Below are positions 10,401 to 17,938 of a stretch of DNA of 64,000 nt, in pieces; the stretch's first letter is position 1; every line of letters starts with the position of its first letter. The notes under the pieces were generated by a model. It made no database searches. It had not been told where the DNA came from and saw nothing but the letters and a program-made list of their open reading frames with translations. Origin of the DNA: an uncultured Armatimonadetes bacterium (lineage in GTDB: Bacteria; Armatimonadota; UBA5829; DTJY01). The stretch is from NCBI GenBank assembly GCA_963717145.1, contig OY970325.1, forward strand, positions 1,984,001 through 2,048,000. The letters are read 5' to 3'. A program made the position numbers and the translations under genes.

Positions 10401-10914
10401 TGCGTCGGTGGCCGACTTCGAGTCCGGTGCTACCTACAGCCTGCTGGGAGGTGACCTCACAACCGGCCAGAACGGTGCTGGTTCGGTGTCTTGGGGATGC
10501 ATGCCGGACGCTTCGGCAGTCGGCAATGCAGGCAACCAAGTCTGCAGGATTTCATACGGCGGATCCATCGGTACGGACTACGGCGCGCAGGGGGGCTTCT
10601 CATATTGCTACTGGCAGTGCGATCTGAACGGCAATGACGCCAGGCCATTCAAGTATCTGTCTATGAAGGTTCGAGGTGAAAAGGGCGGCGAGACACCCAA
10701 TTTCTACCTGTGCGACGGTTCCCGTCGTGTCTGCCTCAGAGCGAGGGACACTGAGCCGATCACCACCGAGTGGAAGACCCTGCGTTTGCCGTTGTCATTC
10801 TTTGCCGATAAGGGCATCGATCTCAGCCGTCTGGACTCTCTGCAGATCGTTTTCGAGTGGACCGAGCAATCCGGGACAATATTAGTAGACGACATCAGGT
10901 TTGGCACCGACTAG
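4477..10914 (+). CDS. Secreted dockerin-RHS/YD-repeat protein with a very long C-terminal extension (Ig-like and several CBM-like domains)
   Basis: GAGGAGG RBS; signal peptide; duplicated GDADGNGVVNIEDA/ADVTQDGKVDIEDA dockerin motifs; GPLGRGW; many YD repeats; RHS core end YYVRSRWYSPGTGRFVSVDP...NSPLSCTDPSGL; domains ending LYLDNIKI, VRVDDVTF and ILVDDIRF. Confidence 0.9.
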   Translation: MSTNARTARLCAICLGLLLFASAAHAIPGDADGNGVVNIEDARCIARFLVNQIPAIPRPVDADVTQDGKVDIEDAFVIAKRVNGQSLIVLVAAPIYGRESVLPIGDIVRVRVFEHFAPFNITGGTVRIRSASKGYDSGDQHLTFERDGRSLYYDWPTGGLAPSSDYEVSVALTNPVGLVMKASGAAYAPAASSQPAATATLTNRVFEPKFVAASVDASCPAPGIPLEFRRVAPNDHAHYPYLGPLGRGWNHNYDISLEEFTNGKIAFHGPEGFNRFFQSNADGTYSPTPGDYATLTRDPSGVYQLKERDGFIYCFRPDLKFNYEQDLNGNRISGVYDGSGRSVEIRHSCGKSLHLEYNSRGRISKLTDHIGRAVTFEYDTTGQMLLRATDPAGGVTEYAYVTPQIYCYALGIVPVGGGSNCVSANQALDYRILTVKYPDGTFTQYQYDTEARLTRQTGTWGANPTNYSYDADGTTHVTDSVGAQVTLRVNDNGQPLSVVDPGGSQTEIDYNAAGNLIGETDPLGRLTQLDYDSSGNVTSVTNALNETVQYGYDLRFNKPSYVTDPLGRETKFDYDTYGQLIAATYQDGSVESYAYDAQGNLVSVTDAEGRVTQHTYSAQALLTSTTNALGNATAFAYNAFGDLTSVTDAKSHAVALTRDTLGRLTRRTYPDGSHEDYEYDTGGKVRAFANRRGERTTFAYDAAGRLTEKTYASGKAVHYQYDPRGLLSRVETISGGVTSFGAYYEYDLERRTTVAKSPGKNSMETYDVAYAYDAAGNRKAMVYPDGYLINYEYDAANRLKRISDSVNKTIVAYDYDAAGRRTKRTLGNGTYATYEYDTMDRLTTLVNYSPSGAVQSHFQYTHNKAGIRTSMTTLEGTHSYTYDNAYQLTGVQYPAGRTVTYSFDKAGNRASVNDNGVPTTYATNALDQYTSAGAETFTYDADGNLASSTKSGSTVSYGWDEDDRLVSVSRNGVQISYRYDSRGRLVSKTIGGLETRYVWDGVDLIAEMNSAGQLTKRFVYGAAIDEIALVSADSASYWCQQDGLGSVIGTTNGAGSVVATCSYDVYGNVRSGDLAAVPQRFAGMRWDANAGLYYVRSRWYSPGTGRFVSVDPLDGQNTSNCYAYSRNSPLSCTDPSGLRTLQSQFSQFGTGVLQVIGGGITAGVGIAGTAGTAGASLFLTVTGAYTLGSGMMNIVNSFSSVDNSALITGGIFSSVSLFSNNKDVHTWGKIADYGQSLLSPSLDKILYKVPNWLADLPDIVGAFEDTWDSLVDIGKSLNDGGSGTIHRAIGPDNGFGGGYGGGGGGTCPTFVQGGNQRRASESNIAGLSGRIEAPWPGSLLRSDIPIYGIAAGSDFKSYRVEYGEGTSPSQWHLIAESDKLQEKCPSFKDISWMQGDLNLAGNLATWNTGLKNWEHLPWHPAEDAIDLNGVYTIRLVVTGKDGKEVEDKITCEVGRAIAQCLPGIAVSPDRRVTMRFPEQSLTHPFRVYTILPLSDAGEDMPAKPKGFELVGPAYRVREPGDKFIKDVSLEFTPKADELSGRDVKRVGMCRYDTAKKEWVWLETTRENGAFLVRLSELPSPRAIYALAFDPNAERSSPAKPAQPPATVASAKPGVFVDDTFEQDMGSFKARDRLVGATLARDNTARRDGSYCLKLENENQGGNFSCTVVDTPFDIKEYPLLSFDYRVRPDVKADLYLKANGRWYNVGFTDDPVDYRHKDVNIANLGVIQGVTADDNWHTAKVDLRMLSQQTRQTRIDEIMVADWDLGGYMSLAFGNNARGSVLYLDNIKISGPTKTANSPDVIAVDDFDGSTTLNSLGGASGTYSNPGCEYVKAVVDPKSGNIGSEKGNRSIRLSFDVTNPDAYAGYWTSIDKLDLSDYSTLRFRMRSDDKDAPQIIAGIRTKSGVEGRAPVAGYMSAQSQDGWYDVGVPLSAMRGLFTGPDLVSPDILFLAASNKEGSGKGAVRVDDVTFDRSSHASVADFESGATYSLLGGDLTTGQNGAGSVSWGCMPDASAVGNAGNQVCRISYGGSIGTDYGAQGGFSYCYWQCDLNGNDARPFKYLSMKVRGEKGGETPNFYLCDGSRRVCLRARDTEPITTEWKTLRLPLSFFADKGIDLSRLDSLQIVFEWTEQSGTILVDDIRFGTD

Positions 10915-10942
10915 GCGGGTATGCCGCCGGGGTTGATGATCT

Positions 10943-12688
10943 ATGCGATTTAAGGAGCAACGGAAACGTCCAATCTGTCGCAGCACAGAGTCGGGCATGA
11001 GGCAGCCCGGGAAGTCCCCGGCACTGGTAGCTCTGACGCTCGGTCTGTGGCTCGGATCAATTATCGTACTTGGCAGGGACTTGTGGCCTGTAGCGATATC
11101 ACCGGGCAACATCATTCAACGCATCGTACTCATGGCGTTCTCCCTCCTGCTGATTTCCTTCTGGCTGCTCGGATCGTACTACATAAGCCTTGTGGTGTTC
11201 TACACCTGGCAGAAGAGGCTGAGACCGGGCGTGTTGCGAAGGCGACTGGCGGCAGATGAGCTTCCACGGGTGGCGATTCTGTATCCCACTTGCGACGATC
11301 TGCAACGGGAATCAGTGCTTTCGTGTCTGGATCAGGACTATCCGAGTCTCCACGTCTTTGTGCTTGACGACAGCCGCAGCAACCAGTATATGAGTGCGGT
11401 GGATGAATTGCAGGAAGAATTCGCCGGCAGACTCACTGTCATTCGGAGATCCACGAGGCAGGGCCACAAGGCTGGAAACCTGAATCATGCGCTGCGAGGC
11501 GAAGTGAGCGACTATCCCATGTTCGCTGTCATGGATGCAGACGAAAGACTCCCCCGCACTTTCACTCGCGATATGGTAGAGCTGATGTCGGACACTGACT
11601 ATGCGTTTGCGCAGGCTAGACACGACCCCAACCCGGACCAACCTACCGGTTTCGCGCGACTGATGGGACAAACCATTATGCCGTTCTGGTCGGTGCTCCT
11701 GGCCGTCAAGAACCGTTATGGCTTCGTGCCCTGTGTCGGCCATGGTGTGCTGGTATGTCGGAGCGCCTGGGAGGCGGCAGGTGGATTTCCTGAGGTGGCA
11801 AGCGAGGATATTGCGTTCTCAGCCAGGCTACTCGAGCAAGGACTCCGTGGTGTTTACGCCGATCACGTGGTCTGTTGGGAGGACTTTGCAGCATGCGCTG
11901 CCTCGTTCCGGATTCAGCAGGAACGATACGTAGCGGGCGTGTTTCAGGTTCTGACTGGCTTTTGGCCGAAGTTGCTGCGGCGGAATGACGTAAGCTGGAC
12001 CGAAAGACTGGATTTCCTGCTCGGGAGTCTTCCGCTCTATGTTCCAGTACTCTGCCTGGCGTTCATCCTGGTGAGCGGATTGGCCATCCCGCTGTGTTTT
12101 GGCAGGATTGGCACCATTACCGTGGTTGTCCATGACAGCATGTGGCGCATTCCGTACTGGCAGTCTTTTGATGGACGGTTCATGTGTCTGTGGAGGCCGA
12201 TGTTCGTGGCAGTATCGTTGCTGTTCAACCTTTCTCCCGCGCTGCCAATGTTGGCCATTGCCCTGGAAGGGCGTGTGCGCAATCCTGTGCGGTTGATCGT
12301 GGCAAGCAATGCCGTGTACATATCTACAATGCTCGCCTCGGCAACCAGCTTGGCGAGGTGCGTGATCCGTGTTCCGGTTCAGTTCCTGCCGACGGGTTCA
12401 CGGCTCACAGTGAACGGAGAACGAACCTCCGGCAGGTCTGCATCCCTTGTCGCGGAGTCTGCGTTCGCGCTTGTAGTGGGTGGAATGCTGGTCTCATCTT
12501 TGAACATCGGACTTGCCGGACTGGCGCTGTGCCCGTTGATCGGTTCATGCTGTATATCGGATGGCGGTCGTGCGCGTGCTGCGGCGTTTGCCGTATTTGC
12601 GGGCATTGTGTTTCAATTGGCGCTGGGAGTAGCCGCTTGCCATGCGCCGATTAGTATGCCGCCACTGGTCAGCTCAATTCATTTCTGA
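10943..12688 (+). CDS. Multi-pass family 2 glycosyltransferase (cellulose synthase-like)
   Basis: DDS, KAGNLN, DAD, SED and QQERY (QxxRW-like) motifs; N- and C-terminal TM helices; start uncertain (alternative ATG 10997). Confidence 0.85.
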   Translation: MRFKEQRKRPICRSTESGMRQPGKSPALVALTLGLWLGSIIVLGRDLWPVAISPGNIIQRIVLMAFSLLLISFWLLGSYYISLVVFYTWQKRLRPGVLRRRLAADELPRVAILYPTCDDLQRESVLSCLDQDYPSLHVFVLDDSRSNQYMSAVDELQEEFAGRLTVIRRSTRQGHKAGNLNHALRGEVSDYPMFAVMDADERLPRTFTRDMVELMSDTDYAFAQARHDPNPDQPTGFARLMGQTIMPFWSVLLAVKNRYGFVPCVGHGVLVCRSAWEAAGGFPEVASEDIAFSARLLEQGLRGVYADHVVCWEDFAACAASFRIQQERYVAGVFQVLTGFWPKLLRRNDVSWTERLDFLLGSLPLYVPVLCLAFILVSGLAIPLCFGRIGTITVVVHDSMWRIPYWQSFDGRFMCLWRPMFVAVSLLFNLSPALPMLAIALEGRVRNPVRLIVASNAVYISTMLASATSLARCVIRVPVQFLPTGSRLTVNGERTSGRSASLVAESAFALVVGGMLVSSLNIGLAGLALCPLIGSCCISDGGRARAAAFAVFAGIVFQLALGVAACHAPISMPPLVSSIHF

Positions 12689-12704
12689 AACGGAGGCTCT
12701 CCGA

Positions 12705-13862
12705 ATGAACTCACGCTTTATCTCGAATATCAGGGGCGTTGGCGCTGCCATATTGTTCGTGCTTGGAACCGCAGGAGCGCGAGCGGATGTCTCAATCTCA
12801 ATCACACCGGCCTCGATGACCGTCACTGCTGGTTCGGCGTTCTCAACCGACATCAGGCTTTCGCAGTTCAGCAATGTAGCGGGAGCCTTGTCGGTCACAC
12901 TCAAGTACAACCGTCGAGTTGTCCGGATTTCCCAGGTTTCCACGCCCGCCGGATCCATGTTTGCCGATAACTTCTTCGTTGATACAGCATCTTTCGCCTA
13001 CGGGAGTACGCGGATGACCACATTTCAAACCGTGGCGACGACATCTGCTCCGGCCAGCATGGTCCTGGCCACGGTACGATGGCAAGTAATCGGATCATAC
13101 GGCAGTTCTTCCTCGCTGACCGCTGAGGTGCAAACTGCGGTTGATGCTCTATTCAACCGAGTAGAGGTGCTGTCCTGGCCTTCCATTGTTCGCATAGGCG
13201 ACCTCGCGCCTCTTGCGGTTCCGCAAGCTAAGCTTATTGAGGATGAGCAACAGCTAGCCGTGCTTCCATCGGTTGTTACCCGAGTGTTCGGGGATATCCT
13301 ATATGTCGAGTCCGATGATCGGTCGTGCGGCATTCGGGTCGAACGACAGGGCCACGGTCTGCAAGTCGGTGACAGAACCAGGGTGACGGGTGTGATCCTC
13401 ACCAGTTCCGATGGCGAACGCTACATTGAAGCCACGGAAGCAGCCAAGGACGGCACGGGCCAGCTAGAGCCTGTCGGTCTCAGCAATCGTCGCATCGGTG
13501 GAGAGAACTGGTTCCACAATGAGGATAACGGGGCGGGTCAACGCGGTGTCCTTGGCGGGTTCGGGTTGAACAATATCGGCCTGTTGGTGCACACCTGGGG
13601 CAAGGTGACTCAGATGGGGCCAAACTATCTCTACATAGACGACGGCTCGTCTGTGAAGGACGGTACTTCGACGGAAGGTGTGGCAAATGTTGGTGTCCGA
13701 GTGCTCTGCAATCCTGAAGCCTACATACCAGGCGACTATCTGGGATGCACGGCCATTGTCTCTTGCTTCAGGACCGGTCCTGAGAGCATCGCTCCGCAGT
13801 TGCTCGTGTCTTCATCAGACGATATTCGCACGCATACCCCAGTTGATGGCGTCAATAACTGA
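12705..13862 (+). CDS. Secreted cohesin-like protein with a C-terminal tandem OB-like module
   Basis: GGAGG RBS before ATG 12705; signal peptide; SISITPASMTVTAGSAFSTDI...VTLKYNRRVVRISQV...LATVRWQVIG cohesin-like pattern; C-terminal LYVESDDRSCGIRV...NNIGLLVHTWGKV...YIDDGS module. Confidence 0.75.
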   Translation: MNSRFISNIRGVGAAILFVLGTAGARADVSISITPASMTVTAGSAFSTDIRLSQFSNVAGALSVTLKYNRRVVRISQVSTPAGSMFADNFFVDTASFAYGSTRMTTFQTVATTSAPASMVLATVRWQVIGSYGSSSSLTAEVQTAVDALFNRVEVLSWPSIVRIGDLAPLAVPQAKLIEDEQQLAVLPSVVTRVFGDILYVESDDRSCGIRVERQGHGLQVGDRTRVTGVILTSSDGERYIEATEAAKDGTGQLEPVGLSNRRIGGENWFHNEDNGAGQRGVLGGFGLNNIGLLVHTWGKVTQMGPNYLYIDDGSSVKDGTSTEGVANVGVRVLCNPEAYIPGDYLGCTAIVSCFRTGPESIAPQLLVSSSDDIRTHTPVDGVNN

Positions 13863-14244
13863 GCAGGTCAAGGAAACACGTCACGGCTGGGGCGGATGGC
13901 TTCGCTTACGAGTGGTAGAGTAGCCGCAACTCCTGCTCCTCAGATGTCGCGAGGCACAACTGCAACTCGCGCAGTGACGAGCGGCGCGGCCACAGGGCTT
14001 TCAGCAAAGCGTGCAGGATTCGACTGCTTAGCATCAGTCGGTGCTCCGACTCGCCGGCAACCGGGTATCACTGAGATACGGCGATCACACCCCGGTGAGC
14101 CTGCGCATGTCCTCCGGCTTGCGAGTCAAGATGCGACGGGCTAACCAGGCATCCGCACTTGGGGCATGCAATAACCGCCTCTCCGCATGTATATACTAGT
14201 GATCTCGGTCTTCCTGACTGTGAGATCGGTCGCGACAGCCCGTT

Positions 14245-16896
14245 CTAAGATCCGCTGCTCTGTTCCGTCACATCCTCTGCCCGGCGGGTGCGGATCACCG
14301 GGATCGGTGTCTCGCCTTCCAACTCCGCGCCGGAGATGCCGGTGACCGAGACGCGCTTCCCAACCGGATCGGCCGGCGGAGTACCGCAAACCTTGATGCC
14401 GATGTTCCCCGAGCCATCCTGAAGGTTCGACCCGTCGTCCACGTAGAAGTATCCGCTCCCCTCGGGAGTGGCGGTGATCGTGCCCCACACCCTCACGAGC
14501 AGGCCGGTATTGTCGAGGCCAACCTTGAAGGACCGGCCGACCGTGCCAAGCGGATCGGGGAGCTCGTTGCCGGTCGACTCGACGAACACGTCCGACGCGG
14601 TGATCTGCCGCTCACCGTTCAACGTGCCGAGCGCTCCCGCGACGGTGACCTGCGCGCCCTCCGGCACGACCTTGTCGGTCGAGACTCGGATGCCCGCGCT
14701 CCGGTTGGCGGCTTCGACGTAGAATGCGCCGTTCATCTCACCGGTCCCTGCCGTCACGACCGCGTTTCCGAGTCGGGCGATCTGCCCATCAGCCACGTCC
14801 TTCAGGCTACCGATCGAGAGCATGCCGTTGCTGATATTCACGCTCACGGTCGCCGTCGCCTCGTTGCCAGGATAGTCCTCGACGACCGCCTTGAGCGCCC
14901 GCGCGCCGTCAGCGAGGTAGGTTGTGTCAATCTCCGCCGTCCATCCGCCTGAGCCGTCGAGTTCCCCGTAGCCGACCAGCGTGTCATCGGCGTAGAGCGT
15001 TACCGCCGCGACCGCGACGTCATCCCCGCACGTGCCGGTCGCGGTCACCGTGCCACTGAGGTTCGCGCCTCCCGTCGGCGAGGTGATCGAGACCGTTGGC
15101 TTCGGTGTCGTGGAGCTGATGTAGATCGGTATCTCCGCCGTACCCTGGTTGCCCGCGAGGTCCTCTGCGACCGCCTTGAGAGTCCAGTCGCCTGTGCAGT
15201 AGTCGGCATACGGAAGGTTGACGCTCCACCCGTCGAGTGCATCCGTGTCCACTGCAAGCGGATGGTCGTTCATGTAGAAGCTGACCTGGTATGCGCCGAG
15301 GTCGTCGTTGACTGTCGCTCTAACCTGGGTGTCTACGCTGACACTCCCGCCGAATGGCGGATTGTCGATAAAGACCTCTGGGGCGGTCGTATCTGCGGGC
15401 AGATCAGCGCTGATCGTGTAATATCCCAGTGTGGAGATCGGAGATGTGATGATCGCCGTGCCGGGGTCTACGGTGCCGCCGACCTTGGCCCATACCTTGC
15501 CGATGGTGTCATACCGGTAGATTGCCAGGTACTGCGTTCCTCCAAGTGCAGAGAGGTCCTCGCCATCGTAAGAGAGATCGAGCGTCGCGCCGGGCGGACA
15601 CGTACCGCTGTCGGTGGTGACATCGAACGCCTGGCCGATGTATCCGGCGGCTGGTCGTGCCTCCGGATACTCGCTTGGCTGTAAGTATGTCAGGTGGAGT
15701 TCGGGAGTCGTCGCCGTAATGCCAAACTTGGTGGTGCTGATGGCCATCATCCCGCTGGCGTTGATGTATATCGGCTGCGACGCGATGTTGAGCGTCCGCC
15801 AGCCGGACAGAGCAGACGACACCCTTACGCGGACGTAGCGTTCCCATCCGCCGGTTGGACAGGTGGCTGTACTGCCGGAGGCGGACATTAGCGTGTTGCC
15901 CCACGGCCCGATGAATCGGATGCTGCCCGCACTGTAGGGATTGCCCGCCGAATCGCGAAGCTCCGCGGTGATGACCGGGTGGCTTCCCGATCCGTTCACG
16001 GTGACCCTCAGCCGAGGCGGGTCGTTTCCCTCAGTCCACGCGCCGCCCTCTACCCAGTAGGAGTAGAAGTTCCCTGCCCTGAGCTTGTCCTTTATGTTAC
16101 CCCACCAGGTGCTCGTGTTCGGCACGGCCACCCAGGCAGAGCCGATCTTATGTACACCGCCCATGTACGGATGGTAGTCTTCCTCAGCAAAGCCCCGCAC
16201 CGGCCACCTGCTGGTGGACATCACTTCGTCCCAGGTGCCTTCCGAGTTCTTGCCGGGCCAGGAGCTATTGTATATCGCGAGGCCGTCCGGCCACGACCTG
16301 TTGTAGATGGAGCATATCTCGTTGGGAGAGATTGAGTAGGGCACACTGTCGGGATGCGCGATGAAAGCCAGACCGCTGTACAGCTGCGTCGCCGTATTGA
16401 TGCGTTGCACGAGCCTCCCGACCTTGTCCTGGCTGAAACTGCCGGAGTCGAGTTGGCCGCTGGTGTTTGCATTGCTGCCGGCGACAAGGATGTGCCCCTC
16501 GTTGAAGGTCAGTTCGTCGCTGTGCGGTGCCCATCCCTCCCATCCGATGGACTCCCCGGAGACCTCGTTATGCTCAGTCACTGCTACGAAGTCGAACCCG
16601 GCGTTCCGATAGCGCTGGGCAAGCTCCGCCTCACCAACGGCGGGATGCATCCACACCGGACTATTCAGCGGTAGGTCTGACCGTTTGTGGCAATGGAGCT
16701 GGCCGCGAAGGAGGTCCCACGGCGCGGCGTTGTCGTAGGGGCTTCCAGGCCAGGATGATGACGGTGCGATGCGAGTACTGCCCTTGGTATTGTCTATCCC
16801 GAACACATTGGAGAACCCATCCGCCGTGTCGGCGGCGAGTGGGCCTATGCACACGGCCAGGCCGAGTATGATCCAGAGTACGAGCAGCTTCTTCAT
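14245..16896 (-). CDS. Secreted PHP-like (CehA/McbA-type) metallohydrolase with Ig-like repeats and the C-terminal OB-like module
   Basis: True start MKKLLVLW at 16896 (AGGAGG RBS, ATGA overlap); RGQLHCH, FVAVTEHN, IAHP and EDYH metal motifs; two DTTAP/PTVSITSP Ig-like domains; GLLVRVWG...YVDDGS tail. Confidence 0.8.
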   Translation of the reverse strand: MKKLLVLWIILGLAVCIGPLAADTADGFSNVFGIDNTKGSTRIAPSSSWPGSPYDNAAPWDLLRGQLHCHKRSDLPLNSPVWMHPAVGEAELAQRYRNAGFDFVAVTEHNEVSGESIGWEGWAPHSDELTFNEGHILVAGSNANTSGQLDSGSFSQDKVGRLVQRINTATQLYSGLAFIAHPDSVPYSISPNEICSIYNRSWPDGLAIYNSSWPGKNSEGTWDEVMSTSRWPVRGFAEEDYHPYMGGVHKIGSAWVAVPNTSTWWGNIKDKLRAGNFYSYWVEGGAWTEGNDPPRLRVTVNGSGSHPVITAELRDSAGNPYSAGSIRFIGPWGNTLMSASGSTATCPTGGWERYVRVRVSSALSGWRTLNIASQPIYINASGMMAISTTKFGITATTPELHLTYLQPSEYPEARPAAGYIGQAFDVTTDSGTCPPGATLDLSYDGEDLSALGGTQYLAIYRYDTIGKVWAKVGGTVDPGTAIITSPISTLGYYTISADLPADTTAPEVFIDNPPFGGSVSVDTQVRATVNDDLGAYQVSFYMNDHPLAVDTDALDGWSVNLPYADYCTGDWTLKAVAEDLAGNQGTAEIPIYISSTTPKPTVSITSPTGGANLSGTVTATGTCGDDVAVAAVTLYADDTLVGYGELDGSGGWTAEIDTTYLADGARALKAVVEDYPGNEATATVSVNISNGMLSIGSLKDVADGQIARLGNAVVTAGTGEMNGAFYVEAANRSAGIRVSTDKVVPEGAQVTVAGALGTLNGERQITASDVFVESTGNELPDPLGTVGRSFKVGLDNTGLLVRVWGTITATPEGSGYFYVDDGSNLQDGSGNIGIKVCGTPPADPVGKRVSVTGISGAELEGETPIPVIRTRRAEDVTEQSSGS

Positions 16897-17723
16897 TTCG
16901 ATTCCTCCTTGCTGTCCGGGGCAGAGCCGGACGTTCCGGTCGAGGCCGTCAGCATGATCTTGTAGTTCGAGCCCACCGCGCCCGGCAGGTCCTTCCCTGC
17001 ATCCCAAACGATGTGCCTGCGGAGTCCGGGGCGCATGCCGGGGCCGATGTCCAGGGAAGTCGTCTGCGGCGTGATCGAGTATGTCGCCCCGCCGTTGTCG
17101 GACACCATCATACCGATCGTGACAGTCGGGTTCGGCGGCGACCAGAGGTCGTAGTAGACATCCACCATGTGCGAGCCGTTCCTTCGCTGGCTCGCCTGGA
17201 TGTTGTACGGCGCGAGCATCGGCGGGATGGTGAACCCGGAGGTCGAGTCCCTGATCTCGTAGCTGTTGTAGTACCACCAGACGCCGGTGATGAAGTCCAC
17301 CTTCCACGGCCGCGCCCCTATGTTCGACATCGGCAGGTTGAGCGTGATCTCGGTCGGAGTGATCGTGCCGGTCGGCGATCCGCTCGCGAACCCCCAGTTC
17401 ACCCCGTTGTCGTACGACACCCCCAGCGCCGGGCCGAAGTACCCGGGGGTCGTCACATATACCAGGACGTAGACCTTCCCCGGGACGGATATCCGCGCCA
17501 CGTAGGCTGTGTAAGGCGCGGTCGAGTACTGAGCTGCAAGCCGAATGGTCGCGTGGAAGGTCGTCCCATCGTGCCAGGCTTTCGCATATGTCATGTCGTA
17601 AGATGAGAGAGACGTGTCGCCGGACGGATCGTTGACCTCCGTGGACCACTGCTCCTGGCCCCATGCGGATGCGCCGCACGCCAAAAGCGCTGCTATGAGA
17701 AGATATGAACGCAATGCCTTCAT
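16893..17723 (-). CDS. Secreted protein; C-terminal domain homologous to the N-terminal domain of the adjacent FGE proteins
   Basis: GGGAGG RBS, signal peptide MKALRSYLL; NIQASQRR...SDNGGATYS...RHIVWDA aligns with NVQARQWQ...STDGGSTYS...RTIVWDA. Confidence 0.8.
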   Translation of the reverse strand: MKALRSYLLIAALLACGASAWGQEQWSTEVNDPSGDTSLSSYDMTYAKAWHDGTTFHATIRLAAQYSTAPYTAYVARISVPGKVYVLVYVTTPGYFGPALGVSYDNGVNWGFASGSPTGTITPTEITLNLPMSNIGARPWKVDFITGVWWYYNSYEIRDSTSGFTIPPMLAPYNIQASQRRNGSHMVDVYYDLWSPPNPTVTIGMMVSDNGGATYSITPQTTSLDIGPGMRPGLRRHIVWDAGKDLPGAVGSNYKIMLTASTGTSGSAPDSKEESK

Positions 17724-17796
17724 CAAGTCAACCTCCCTGCTTATGTCTGTGGAATCGCAACCGACCGAAACCTCGGCAAAGCGCCTACCCCCCGCC

Positions 17797-17886
17797 GTAG
17801 GAGGCGATTCCATTCGCCGACCCCCGTCCACGGCCATTCGCCGATCATCCCGCACCGACACATCGGGCATTGGAATGCCGTCCTAC
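17797..17886. repeat. GTAG-type REP doublet
   Basis: GTAGGAGGCGATTCCATTCGCCG...CGGGCATTGGAATGCCGTCCTAC, imperfect inverted pair. Confidence 0.65.
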
Positions 17887-17938
17887 GTCGCCCCCAGACC
17901 CCCGCAAAGGGTAAAAGAGCAAAAGGAAAAGGGCAAGA

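Noticed and set aside
16897-17679. N-terminal 261 aa of the 1144-aa ORF
   Set aside because: Overlaps the 16893-17723 gene in another frame; the RBS and signal peptide place the start at 16896.
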